A stretch of DNA of 64,000 nt from Octopus sinensis. Lineage: Eukaryota. Shown here piece after piece: positions 39,385 through 52,420 of this stretch. The number at the start of each line of letters is the position of its first letter. The stretch's first letter is position 1. The translations under genes were made by a program, and so were the position numbers. The DNA lies in contig NC_043011.1 of the NCBI RefSeq assembly GCF_006345805.1, positions 48,124,464-48,188,463 of the forward strand. The letters are read 5' to 3'. The notes beneath the pieces are model-generated. The model worked only from the letters and a program-made list of their open reading frames with translations. It did not search any database and had not been told where the DNA came from.

Positions 39385-39733
39385 TGTAGTAAAGATTGGT
39401 TGCCAACATAACATGGCAGTCCTGGTTTAGGACTAATGTTGCTGTAATTTAGCCCCAGGAATCATTGTCTCCAGCTGGCTGTACGACACGATCTGTGTCC
39501 TTATATTTTCGAACAAGGGAATATAACCCCTCCAATCAGCTTAAAACAATATCTGCGTGTAGCATGATATTGTTTTGAGCTGAGTGGGGGTGCTAGATTC
39601 CCTTCTTCAAAAGTATAAGGACACAGATTGTGTCATATAGCCAGCGGAGACGATGTCTCCTGGGACTAAATTATAGCAACATTAATCCTAAACCAGGACT
39701 GTCATGTTATGTTGGCAAACAATCTTAACTACA
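39385..39733. mobile_element. About 350-bp palindromic (fold-back) element, MITE-like
   Basis: Left arm tgtagtaaagattggttgccaacataacatggcagtcctggtttagga... pairs with the right arm ...tcctaaaccaggactgtcatgttatgttggcaaacaatcttaactaca through to a few-nt centre. Confidence 0.85.
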
Positions 39734-39739
39734 TCATGA

Positions 39740-39860
39740 AAATTGTTCAAACCGAAGTCTTTCTTAAGCGACGCATTTTCCCAAATGAATAAATAAAATT
39801 GAATATTAAGTATTTATGGAATTTGTATTTACTGTTGGGTAACTTTTGGAAAACCCTGTA
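39740..39860 (-). mobile_element. Tc1/mariner-type terminal fragment
   Basis: Minus strand begins TA-CAGGGTTTTCCAAAAGT, a typical Tc1/mariner TIR start. Confidence 0.4.
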
Positions 39861-41160
39861 TGTATATCTGCTTTTGAAATGACAAGAACAGGCTAAATTT
39901 TCCCTCATGTCAAGCAAAAGCCATGTTGATATTTGCTGTGCTTTTAAAGAAAAAACTGAAAACATAGCCAAAACAAATGCTGAAGCTGTTAGATTTCTGG
40001 TTATAAATTTGTGCCCAGTACATGGATTAAAAGAAAAAAAGAACAAGGATCACAACAGAGATACTGGACATGGTATAGAATTTTATGTTGCAGTATGGGA
40101 GAGTGGTCAAAGCAGGCTTAATGAAAGGTGTAAAAATAGACTTGCAATGTCATAATGGTTCAAAACCATACTGGATAAATGGTGCCAAGAGTTAAAAGTC
40201 AAGCTGTTATATTTGTTGGAGTAAAAGACACTTCAGTACTGAATGCCCCAAGAACTGCGGAAACTAAGCAAAAACTATGGAAATGAAAATGGTGATAATG
40301 AACAGCAACAACTGAACAAAAAAAAAAAATTCAACAATCCTGTCTCCAGAAAATCACCAGCCCAAACTCTGCAGCTAGTAATTATACTTTGACCCCATAT
40401 CAGATGTAGATGAGCAGATATGTTTTTTACAGTACCAAACTGTGATGCACTTTTAATGTGTGATAAGAAAAAATAATAATGGATGAAAATACAAAGGGAA
40501 AATGAACAAGCCATACAGAAAGCTAGCTAACACATGAAAGACTCAACATGAACAATGAAAAAAAGGAAGGAGGAATGATTTTTTTCCAAATAACAAGCTC
40601 TCTCGCTTTAGTAAGATATCAAAGAAAGTACAGAGAAGAAAGCTGGATTAAGATTCTCCATTCTTTGGAAATAAAACAAACAGTCAATAGACAAAATTAC
40701 ATTCTTATGCTGCCATTGATTTGCCAATGAAGTTATTCTGGCACAAAAGCAGATGGGATCAGAATATAAACAACATGCAAAAGATAAATTGCTAGTAAAA
40801 TTAAATTAAGACATTATATCAAACTGTAAAAGAATATTCTAAAATCCTTAAAATGTTGATGTTTTCCCACTACAAAAGTCTCAAAGAATACTTGCTGGTG
40901 CATTCAGTTTCAGCTGAATGATTTTTGAGAAATTCTTATGTGAACAGAGTTGTAGAGTACCCAACTCAATGTAGCTGGAAAATCTTTCATGACTTATTTC
41001 CATGGAAACATGTGCATGTTCATGCACATATTCATGTATACATACATCCATGCATGTAAATACATGCATTGGTATATTTCACCCATCGTTACATTTTGAG
41101 TTCAAATTTTATTTATACACACACACATATATACATACATACATACACATATATATATAC

Positions 41161-41192
<32 letters not shown>

Positions 41193-41939
41193 CTATATAT
41201 ATATATATATTTAAGTGTACATATTTTAACATGTATGCATATGTGTGTGGAGGTGTGTGCACTTTAATATTTTTTTAATGCCCTTCTATGTATTGTATCA
41301 TGTTTCTTCATCTCTTTATGCTTCATAAGTTGTAAATTTCTTTTCTCATGCTCCATATTATCCTTTCTGTCTTTGTAATCCATTATAAAAGCTTTGTATT
41401 TCTGCATCACTTGTAACTAACAAAGAAATCACTGAGTGAGAGAGCAGTGCATGCCATCAAAGTGATCCTGGAGTAAAAATATATGAAGCCCAATATACAC
41501 ATCATGACAACCTGTCTGATAAGAGTACACCATATCTGCATGACATTGTGATCTCAAATCAAGATAAACAGTGCATCACCTCACAGGTGAGGCTCTGTTG
41601 GAATTTTCTTCAGGTTACGTAGCTCATCCCATTCAAAAGGTTCCTGAATAAGGTTTGTTTAAGGATGATGAACAAATCACCCATGTTTCCCAAGAGGAAA
41701 TATCCAAACCCTAAAAAATTCCTCTCAGCAAATGGCTATGATGCTCCCCCACTACTCCTGCTCATGATTGGAGCTGCACATATTGTCAGCTTTTAAGGGA
41801 CGTGCTCATCTGGTTAAGGCCAAGTATCTGATAAGCAAGTCTTTGGTATTGAGCAGAATATTTGCTGTAGCCCATCTTTTATATGAATATAATGATGATG
41901 ATGATCATGATCATGATGACCGTTATTATTACTTTTTTT

Positions 41940-42154
41940 AGGGTGGTGAGCAGGCAGAGTCATTAGCATACAAAGCATAATGCTTTGTGGCATGCTTAGC
42001 GGTATTTCTGTTCTAAGTTCAAATTCCACTGAGGTCAACTTTACCTTTCATCCTTTCAAGGTTGAGGAATTAAATACCTGTTGCATACTAGGGTTGATCT
42101 GATTGACTGGTTCCCTTCCCCCAAATTTAGGGCCTTGTGCCTAGAGTAGAAAGA

Positions 42155-42186
<32 letters not shown>

Positions 42187-42410
42187 TATTAAGTTGTAGT
42201 ACTGAAACATTAGCACGCTGGGCAAAATGCTTAGCGGTATTTCGCCTGTCTTTACATTCTGAGTTCAAATTCCACTGAGGTCAACTTTACCTTTAATCCT
42301 TTCAGGGTCGATAAATTAAGTACCAGTTGCATACTAGGGTTGATCTGATCGACTACCCACCCCCACCAATATTTCAGGCCTTGTGCCTTGAGTGGAAAAG
42401 ATTTTTTGTA
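41940..42410 (+). mobile_element. Two adjacent diverged SINE-B copies
   Basis: Both carry gagttcaaattccactgaggtcaactttacc...gttgcatactagggttgatctgat. Confidence 0.7.
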
Positions 42411-43046
42411 GTACTAGTAATGGTGATGGTAGTTGCACTTTTTTCATATAAATTATAATTTTGTAAAAAGAAATTGTGTATAATTTAAAACACCTTGATG
42501 ATTCTTTAGAAAATTTTGGAAGTCTTTTTTGAAAGAGGAATGTCTTGAAATTTTTTTCTCTATTCAATTTTTTTGCCTTTTTATTCTCCATTTATTAATT
42601 TTTTTCATTTCAATGTTGGTTTTGAAATTTTTATGAATTTGTTCCGTTTTTCATTTTGGTTTTCTGTAAATAAATACCCCTGGTGGTAATTTCAAATAAA
42701 TGCTGTGTTTTGATTTGTTTGTTTTGAATTTTTGTCAATAAGTGCTATTAACTAAATCTAATGGAAACACTAAATGTTTTTGTTGAAAATTAAATTAATT
42801 GATTCCCTTGCACACACACACATTACACACACACACACACACACAGAGTATAAATATCACTATGTTCATTTTATTTTGGTTTTTCTCCAAATAATAAAAC
42901 CATCAAAATGAAAAATAAATAAGAACTAACCAATAAAATTCTTATGAAATTTTCAATACAGTTATTATTAATAGTCAAAATTCTTGATGACTTTTTAGAA
43001 AATTTCAAGGAAATGTAGAGTAAAGCAAAAGAGAAAAGGAAATTTT

Positions 43047-43290
43047 ACAAGTCATCATCATCATCATCATCATCGTTAACGTCTGCTTTCCATGCTAACA
43101 TGGGTTGGACGATTTGACTGAGGACTGGCGAACAAGATGGCTGCACCAGGCTCCAATCTGATCTGGCAGAGTTTCCACAGCTTGATGCCCTTCTTAATGC
43201 CAACCACTCTGAGAGTGTAGTGGGTACTTTTACATGCCACTGGTACGAGGGCCAGTCAGGTGGTACTGGCAACGGCCTTGTTCAAATGGT
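43047..43290 (-). mobile_element. RTE LINE 3' end
   Basis: (CAT)n cgttaacgtctgctttccatgctaacatggg...gatgcccttcttaatgcc. Confidence 0.75.
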
Positions 43291-43362
43291 GCACATTAAA
43301 AAATAAACATTATTTACATTATTTACATTTGACGGATATTTGTCCTCATCTTGTTCGTTGTT

Positions 43363-43408
43363 AACACAATGTTTCGGCTGATATATCCTCCAGCCTTCAT
43401 CAGGTGTC
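43363..43408 (-). ncRNA. Minimal type-I hammerhead ribozyme motif
   Basis: gacac CTGATGA a ggctg gaggatatat cagcc GAAA cat t gtgtt: stems I and II and core intact; stem III palindrome ACGT mutated to ACAT. Confidence 0.62.
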
Positions 43409-43470
43409 TTGGGGAAATTTCAAACCTGGGTTCTCATTCCTAAGGTATTTTTCGATGTTATTATTATTAA

Positions 43471-43514
<44 letters not shown>

Positions 43515-43676
43515 TCACTGCCTGGAATTGAACTCGGAAACTTGGGATTAAGAGTGTGGGCTACTAACCCCAAGATTCTGAGTATGATTCCAGGCTGTGA
43601 CCTGAATAATAATTATAATGATAATTACATCAAAAAATACCTTAGGATTGAGAACCCAGGTTCAAAATTCCCCCAA

Positions 43677-43722
43677 GACAACTGAAGAAAGCTGGAGGAT
43701 ATATCAGCTGAAACGTTGAGTT
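43677..43722 (+). ncRNA. Minimal type-I hammerhead ribozyme motif
   Basis: gacaa CTGAAGA a agctg gaggatatat cagct GAAA cgt t gagtt: core, stem II and AACGTT palindrome intact; stem I damaged. Confidence 0.58.
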
Positions 43723-43811
43723 AACAACAAACAAGATGAGGACAAATATCCATCAAATGTAAATAATGTACATAATTCCTCATCTCTTAAATATAGAACT
43801 GTAACATCTTC

Positions 43812-43960
43812 TTTCGGTTTCTGTCAAATTCACTCACATAGCGCTTTGGTCAGCCCAAGGGTAGAATAGATGACACTTGCCTAAGGTGCCTCATAGTGGG
43901 ACTGAACCTTGAACCATGTGGTTGGGAAGCAAGTTTCTTACCTCACAGCTATGCCTGTGC
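43812..43960 (-). mobile_element. SINE-A 5' half
   Basis: gacacttgcctaaggtgcc...gtgggactgaacc...ttcttacctcacagc. Confidence 0.7.
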
Positions 43961-44012
43961 TTGTATTGTTGACGTATAACCAATTCATTGCTCATAAACA
44001 ACAAAATCTTAT

Positions 44013-44061
44013 ATGGACCCCTATCCTCAAGGGCCATATGAACTCTGGTTGAGAATCACTG
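44013..44061 (+). mobile_element. Possible hAT (Charlie-like) right terminus
   Basis: ggacccct...ctggttgagaatcactg resembles the GTTGAGAACCACTG end; no left end found. Confidence 0.35.
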
Positions 44062-44869
44062 GTCTAGTCTATGTACCTGCAAGCAACCTCCACAGGATAG
44101 TGGTGTCAACTAATTTATCAGTGTGGCCAAGAAGAAATGGAAAAAATTAAAGAATTATGAAATAAAAGAAGCCACTTAAGAAAAGCCTTTATTTTATAGA
44201 TATATATTTTTTTTTCTTTTTCAGAGAAATCTCTAATGATATAAATTCATCATGTATTGTAAAATGTTTTATCTCAGAATATAGATCTGGGGAAAACGAA
44301 TTTCAGATAAACAGATAAACAAACAAAAGATCTGAAAAATACATACATTATAACATGAAATCACTCTGGTGTATGTGTGAGTTTGTTAATAGTGTTTTCT
44401 GACATTCCAATATACCAAACAATGATCACAAGGTATCAAATGGTTCCAAATTAGGCTTAAAAAGGAAAGTATAAATTGATTCTGATGGCAAAGGAAAAGA
44501 AATGAAAAAAGTAGAGGAGGAGAAAGAGAAGGATTTTTTTGTCATTTATTCGCTTAAAAACTTCATATATTTACACAACAATGTGTTACAAGAAAGTGAT
44601 TTATAACACATAAAGGGAGACATAAGCATAGTTTATTGAATAAATGAGGGGTAAGTGCAAGGCTGTCTTAGCTGCATTATAGCATCCCCTCCCTTGAGGC
44701 AGATCAATTCATTAAGCCTTATAGTAAGCCAAAACATACATAGATCAGAATTGGACCCCTAAAGCAATGAAGCCCTTTGGTATCTGCCCAGTATAACCCA
44801 CACCTTCAGACAGCACCAAATGGGGACAAACCCTTCATACAATATACAGTAATCCCAAGGTGGTGAGCT

Positions 44870-46203
44870 GGCAGAAATGTTAGCATGCTGGGTGAAATGT
44901 TTAGCGGTATTTCATCTGTCTTTACATTCTGAGTTCAAATTCCGCCAAGGTCAACTTTGCTTTCATCCTTTTCGGGGTCGATAAATTAAGTACCAGTTAC
45001 ACACAGGGTTCGATGTAATCGACTTAATCCTTTTGTCTGTCCTTGTTTGTCCCCTCTGTGTTTAGCCCCTTGTGGGCAATAAAGAAATAAGAAACTGCCC
45101 CAGCACGGCCACGGCCTTCGGGCTAAAACATTTTTAAGGATTTAAGGATTTATGCTGGTTGAAATGTTTAGCAGCAATTCGTCTGTCTTTACATTCTGAG
45201 TTCAAATTCCGCCAAGGTCAACTTTGCCTTTCATCCTTTTGGAGTCGATAAATTAAGTACCAGATGTGTACTGGAGTTGATCTAACCAACTGGCCACCTC
45301 CCCCAAAATTTTGGGGCCTTTTGCCTAGTGTAGAAACGAATATACAGTAATCCTTCGACTATCACAGGTGTTATGTTCCAAAACGCCACATGATGAGGTA
45401 AAATTCCACAAAGTAGAAACAGCACTTAGGTTTCAAGCTGGCAGAAACGTTAGCATGCTGGGTGAAATGCTTAGCGGTATTTCGTCTGCCATTAAGTTCT
45501 GAGTTCAAATTCTGCTGAGGTCGACTTTGCCTTTCAGGGTTGATTAAATAAGTACCAGTTATGCACTGGGGTAGATATAATCGACTTAATCCGTTTGTAT
45601 GTCCTTGTTTGTCCTCTCTGTGTTTAGCCCCTTTTGGGTGGTAAAGAAATAGGTATTTCATCTGCCGTTACGTTCTGAGATCAAATTCCCCCGAGTCGAC
45701 TTTGCATTTCATTCTTTCAGGTTCGATAAATTAAGTACCAGTTACGCACTAGGGTCGATATAATCGACTTAATCCGTTTGTCTGTCCTTGTTTGTCCTCT
45801 CTGTGTTTAGCCCCTTTTGGGTGGTAAAGAAATAGGTATTTCGTCTGCCGTTACGTTCTGAGATCAAATTCCCCCAAGGTCGACTTTGCATTTCATTCTT
45901 TCAGGTTCGATAAATTAAGTACCAGTTACGCACTAGGGTCGATATATTCGACTTAATCCAATTGTCTGTCCTTGTTTGTCCTCTCTGCGTTTAGCCCCTT
46001 GTGGGTGGTAAAGAAATAGGTATTTCATCTGCCGTTACGTTCTGAGTTCAAATTCCCCCGAGGTCGACTTTGCATTTCATTCTTTCAGGTTCGATAAATT
46101 AAGTACCACTTGCGCACTGGGGTCAATGTATTCGACTTAATCTCTTTTTCTATCCTTGTTTGTCCCCTGTATGTTTAGCCCCTTGTGGGTAATAAAGAAA
46201 TAA
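44870..46203 (+). mobile_element. SINE-B cluster ending in a head-to-tail array of about 181-bp units
   Basis: Units start near 45430, 45655, 45835 and 46018; junction gtaaagaaata|ggtatttc(g/a)tctgcc. Confidence 0.88.
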
Positions 46204-47276
46204 GAAACAGTAGTGTACTGTATATTTTTTATAATTCGTATGTATTTATTTTATATCAAATGCAAAACAACACCACAGAGGAATCAACATAAGCTTAAAT
46301 AATAAACCCCGATAGGTGAACCATGAGGGATTACGGTGATACAATATACTGAATTGATTTTTTTTTCTTGTATCCTTAGAGACTTAGGCAACAAGAAATA
46401 GTATTTGTCTCTTATTATAGAAACAAAAGGGTTTATAGGACTGCAAAAGAAGTGCTCAAATATGAATGAGATGGCTTAGAAAACCGATTATAGCAGCAAC
46501 TCTATCAATTCCTCGGGATATCTGAGGAAGGAATTTTATTCCAAAATATTATCAGACTACGGATGGTTAAATTACAACTGGTATATAGCCCATTGTTTGT
46601 ATTATAGTGCATTGTTGTACTATTCAAATCATTTTATTCTTTATGAAGATATATATATATATATATATTGATGTATGTATGTATGTATGTATGTGTGTAT
46701 ATATGTATGTTAGTGGTGGTGGTGGTGGTGGTGGTGGTGATCACACAAAAGCCTTTCTAAATTATCAAAAGTAAGGAATAAAATATCTAATGAAAATGGT
46801 GATGATACTGATGATAATGGTAATATTATATCTACAGCAATTGCTTGGAGATAAATATCATTTGAAGTGGCAGCAAAAGTATCAGTTAGGGTCATTGTGT
46901 TTTCATTGAGTTAAAAAGTTTTATTTACTTATTTATTTATAATATATCTATTTATCTATTTATTTAGTGTGTTTCAGTTTTAACTATTTGCGTAATTATT
47001 TTATTTTAGTTTAATTTTTTTTTAAAATTCTATTATTATATTTCAATTGTTAAATAGCTGTGAGTAGTTTTGGAAAGCGATCATTGATCTTTATAATTTA
47101 ACAATATAGATAGGCTGCATAATGTATCAAATATGAAAATTTAGAATACACACATCTCTCCCTATATAGAAATACACACACAGAATGTGTACATATAAAT
47201 ATGCTTGTAGATACAGATACATGCACATATATACATACATGCATACGTAAAACATACACAAACACATATGGATATG

Positions 47277-47326
<50 letters not shown>

Positions 47327-47994
47327 GCATAAGCATATGTAAATCATTTGCTGCCAGTGTTGGTTTGAAAACAGTGTCAAAATCCTATTAATCACTTTGA
47401 TTACCATTATCATTATTATTAATCATTCCTCCCTGCTTTCAGAAGGCTACCACTAGAATCCTTTGTTCCTGTTACCCCCATACAATATGTTGTGTCACAG
47501 ACACTGCAGATTCAAAATATGCAGTGTGTGTGATTCAAAAACGGTGAAGCAACAGCTGGCTAGATCGATAGAGCATCCATAACTATGATGATTTATAGCC
47601 ATTTTCATTTCCAATATCTAAATTGGATTTTCTCCACCATTTAAACAACAAACAAAAGATAGAATACCATTTTATCATATTCAATAGAAGCCAATATGGC
47701 TGTGGATAACTCTCCAAATGGTTTTTGGTTGGTTACCTAACACTGCTGGTTTATAATAAAAATGAAGAATCATAACTCAAAAATAGCCTAGTCCACCACC
47801 CTGTTGTAATTTAGGTGAATGACCTTATCTTTTGTATGATTTTAGCATCACCAACTGACCTTTGTGTGTCTTCACTAAAGTCCATAATGTAGACATTCAA
47901 ATATGATCCAAATTCTGAATAACTTCCTGTTTTGTTTTTTTGTTTCTCCAGTGATCTTGGAGACTAAAAAAAGGGTCAGTATATCCTGTTCTTT

Positions 47995-48232
47995 TTTATA
48001 AGGCGGCGAGCTGGCAGAAATGTTAGCACGCCGGGCGAAATGCGTAGCCGTATTTCGTCTGTCGTTACGTTGTGAGTTCAAATTCCGCCGAGGTCGACTT
48101 TGCCTTTCATCCTTTTGGGGTCGATAAATGAAGTACCAGTTACGCACTGGGGTCGATGTAATTGACTTAATCCCTTTGTCTGTCCTTGTTTGTCCCCTCT
48201 ATGTCTAGCCCCTTGTAGGCAATAAAGAAATA
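47995..48232 (+). mobile_element. SINE-B, full length with 15-bp TSD
   Basis: tatatcctgttcttt at 47980-47994 and 48233-48247. Confidence 0.9.
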
Positions 48233-48609
48233 TATATCCTGTTCTTTCTCCTCCGATAAAGCAATAAAAAATATCTAAGGAAAGAAAAGGAAATACCACT
48301 AGAGACTGTATTGTGTGTTGCCCTATGAAGCAGCAGTCTTAAGATAATGTTTTACGTACTTGCCGTATTGACTTCAAATCTTGTATTGGGAAATTTTCTT
48401 CTAATAGGCTATCATTATATCCATGGTGTGATGTGTCTCACATCTGATTAATGTTACTGCCATTGGAATTGGGATTGATTATTTGACTAGTGGAACCAAA
48501 ACATCTATTATGAGGTTCTAATATTGTATCTACATCTGTGGCCACTATTTGTCTGCTTTTTTCTCTTACTATTATGTGGCCAATTCAATTACATTCTGAA
48601 TCAATACTG

Positions 48610-48652
48610 CACATATAGATATATATTATACAATATATTAATATATACATAT

Positions 48653-48694
<42 letters not shown>

Positions 48695-48974
48695 TATATA
48701 TATATATTAGATATATATATATATAGACTACAGATATATATATATATAATACATATATATGTACATATATATATATACATATATATATGCATATATATAT
48801 ACACACATATTATACATATATATAATAATATACACATATATATATTACATACAATATATATACATATATATATATATACATATACGTATATATATTATAT
48901 ATATAACATATATATATACATATATAATATAACATATATAATATGCATATATATATACATACATATATATATAC

Positions 48975-49054
<80 letters not shown>

Positions 49055-49115
49055 TATATATATATACATACATCATACATACTATATATATATACATACA
49101 TATATATATATCATA

Positions 49116-49190
<75 letters not shown>

Positions 49191-49210
49191 ATACCTATAT
49201 GTAATATATA
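48610..49210. repeat. (TA)n/(CATA)n microsatellite block
   Basis: Direct reading. Confidence 0.95.
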
Positions 49211-49559
49211 TATATGTTCAGTATCTTGAAATACTTTGTGTGTTACTAACAACTATATCTATGTATACACTCAGTATTTGATTATATTTTGTACTGCTAA
49301 ATATTGCATAGACATAAATGGTTAGTATTTTAATATATCTTATATTAGCTATTAGTTATTGGTGGTTGAGTATATTTTGTACTAATAACTGTTATATCTA
49401 GACAAAAGATCAGTAGTTTTACTTTAATCACATGCTTTATGGGTTTCATCTGGCAGCAAAGGCTTTGTACATAGTTCTGCAAGTCTTCGGAGACCACTGG
49501 AATCGACAGAATTATTGATCTTTTTGACATACACAAGAAAAACATGGTTTAGGTAGGAT

Positions 49560-49978
49560 TTCTTATTTCTTTATTGCCCACAAGGGGCTAAACATAGAGG
49601 GGACAAACAAGGACAGACAAAGGGATTAAGTCGATTACATCGACCCCAGTGCATAACTGGTACTTAATTTTTCAACCCTGAAAGGATGAAAAGCAAAGTC
49701 AACCTCGGCAGAATTTGAACTCAGAACACAGCAGCAGACGAAATACCTATTTTTTTACTACCCACAAGGGGCTAAACACAGAGAGGACAAACAAGGACAG
49801 ACAAACGGGTTAAGTTGATTATATCGACCCCAGTGCGTAACTGGTACTTAATTTATCGACCCCGAAAGGATGAAAGGCAAAGTCGACCTCGGCAGAATTT
49901 GAACTCAGAACGTAGCGGCAGACGAAATACCGCTAAGCATTTCACCCGGCCTGCTAACGATTCTGCCAGCTCGCTGTC
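49560..49978 (-). mobile_element. SINE-B head-to-tail dimer
   Basis: Two bodies joined at gcagacgaaatacc|tatttttttactaccc. Confidence 0.85.
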
Positions 49979-49981
49979 AGG

Positions 49982-50530
49982 TGGGATTTCTAAAGGGCCG
50001 ATGTTCTGGGAAAGTAAGACTGGACATAATGGTAAAATCAAGGTTGTGGTAGAGGGTTGGACAGAATAAGCACCACATGAGAAACAAGTGGGTCAATAGG
50101 CCCTGAGTGGAGGTGGTACAAGATCTGCAAGTTCTGAAATGCAAAAAGTCACGGTAGTGAGGAGAGAGAATGGAGACATCTTTACACCTTAGTGTCTGAC
50201 ATCATCTTTTACATTTTAGTGGCTAACTCTATGGCAATCATTTGGTTGGCATTTGAGAGGAATGTGGTGCAGTGTGATTGTATATCTAGCAGCAGTAATA
50301 TCCCAGACAGGGAAGAAGTATTTCTTTGTGGGTTTCATCAAACCCTTTTTATTGGCGGGGTTAGAAACAGTTGGGAGGTGAAGCATATTTCTTGCCTCTC
50401 AGAATAAGACTGTCTTTGAGAAAGAGTTCTTTTGCTATGTTGAGGATGGGAACACATCAAAAGAGACCCTCAGTGGTGATGACTTGATACAGGTGTTGTT
50501 GTTGTTAAGCAACAAGATGGATAAGGGTGA
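49982..50530 (-). mobile_element. Decayed CR1/L2/Jockey-group LINE, RT C-terminal region
   Basis: Minus strand: CISELADLVPPPLRAY*PTCFS.GAYSV and HYVQSYFPRTSAL*KS, matching CSSELA.LVPP....TR.S...HP..V and SF.PRT..LWNSLP. Confidence 0.65.
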
Positions 50531-51740
50531 TTAGGTGATGGTCTAGGGCTTAGGGGTGGGAGACCCCAGATCTTGGAAAAAAAAAACAACACAGAATAGT
50601 AATGGCTGGATCATTCTTAATCATAATCTGGCTTCATCAGAGATGATTTGAAACTGGATAGTAATCGTAAAGAAACTGTGCTGCCTGTAATCAAGTTCCA
50701 ACAATGTTTTTATATTTCATGTAAGTAATTTCATGTTTTAAACATGAAATATATAACAGAATCAAGCATATATTCAAGCAGATTGTTTAAAAAAAACAAA
50801 CTATAATTCTTAGAATATCAAGGAATCATATTCTTTTACTTATGTCTTGCTTAGTAATGCATTGATTTAAAAAAAACAAAAAATCTGTACTTCCTTGCTT
50901 AAGCAGTTTCAGAGATATCAGAGGGGAAATTCCAGCAATCAATCAACCCAATACAGGAAGTAAAGTAAAGTAAAAAAAACAAAAAACAAAAAAGAAAACA
51001 AAAGAAAAAAAAACATGGCATCAAAGGCTCAAAATTTATGGTGGTTGATTATGCTGAATGCAAGGAATAATGGTCGTGGCAATGGTAGTAGTGGCATACA
51101 ATATACTACAAACAACATTTTTCTTATCATAACCGAAGTGTGTGTTCCAAGATTATATTTTTATTAAATATTCTAACAAAGGTAAGTGCCATTTTGAACC
51201 ATCTGGATATTATGATTTCTTTTGACTGGACCGAAGGCCAAATTGTGTTGAGGAAAAGGTTTGAACCAATCTCAGTAAATTAATGGTAAATTATTTTGTT
51301 CAGCTTAGAGGTATTAAATGCATGGACACATTTCCTGATATTGGCATTTGAATTCAAGACTAAGCTATAGAACTGGTTTTAGAAAAGCATCAAATATTAC
51401 ATTCAAATATCATGTTTATCTCTCACTCTGTCTCTCCCATACTTTAACACACATACGCATACTGATATGTACTTTAACACACATACGCATACTAATATAT
51501 ACTTTAACACACATACGCATACTGATATAAGCATTTATATAAAAGTAAAATATAGATATTCACATTTACAATCACACAAAAGCATATGCATGTGTAAGTA
51601 TATTCGTTAGTATTTGTATATGTATTTATAATGTATATGTCTATATATATGTGTGCATGATTGTGTAAATACATACATAAATACATACATAGATACATAG
51701 ATACATACATACATACATACATACATAAATACATATATAT

Positions 51741-51776
<36 letters not shown>

Positions 51777-51899
51777 CAATATTTGCCTTAAGCAAACCAA
51801 TACTAGTAACCTGATTTTAGAACTCATTATAAATATGCCTCAGCGGAAAGTGTTAGTCTGGTAAAGTACATAATAAAAGATTAGCCCACTTAAGTGTAC

Positions 51900-52420
51900 C
51901 TTTCCTTCATTGGACACTAAACTCTGCTGGCAAAGACCTGTTGAGGAAATCGAAATCAAATTCAGTAACTGGCATCTGTGCTAGTGGAGCGCTAAGAGTA
52001 CCATACGAGCGTGATCGTTGCCAGAGCAACAAGCTGGCCTCCGTACCGATGGCATGTAAAAAACACCATTCGAGCATGTTTGTTACCTGCATTACCTTAT
52101 TGGCACTTATGCTGATGGCACATAAAAATACATTCGAGCAAGGTCATTTCCAGTGCTGCTGGACTGGCTCCTGTGCAGGTGGCACATAAAATGCACCATT
52201 TGAGCGTGGCCGTTGTCAGTACTGCCTGAATGGTAAAAGCATCCACTACTCTCTCGGAGTGGTTGGCGTTAGGAAGGGCATCCAGCTGTGGAAACTCTGC
52301 CAGATCAGATTGGAGTTTGGTGCAGCCATCTGGTTAGCCAGTCCTCAGTCAAATCGTCCAACCCATGCAAGCATGAAAAGCAGACGTTAAATGATGATGA
52401 TGATGATGATGATGATGACA
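51900..52420 (+). mobile_element. RTE LINE 3' end with 3' UTR repeats
   Basis: ttcattggacactaaactc...aggaagggcatccagctg...gacgttaaat(GAT)n. Confidence 0.75.

Larger units (their letters stand above)
43308..43800. mobile_element. tRNA-headed, hammerhead-bearing fold-back element (best copy)
   Basis: Two approximately 240-bp inverted arms, each comprising tRNA-like head remnant, (AAT)n, body, hammerhead motif and tail, joined head-to-head near 43545. Confidence 0.85.

Noticed and set aside
39870-40980. Purine-rich unique stretch with short ORFs, possibly an ancient LINE relic
   Set aside because: No diagnostic motif could be read with confidence; needs a profile-HMM search.
47952-47974. 23-nt candidate microexon (strong pyrimidine tract, gtcagt donor)
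   Set aside because: Such matches are expected by chance in 64 kb of AT-rich DNA; no supporting neighbours.
47340-48600. Unique-looking sequence around the SINE-B, tested as LINE/PLE relic or exons
   Set aside because: Only weak, inconsistent motif resemblance.
51439-51528. 30-bp unit repeated three times; also a 17-bp direct duplication at 13807-13841
   Set aside because: Ordinary slippage duplications with no further structure.
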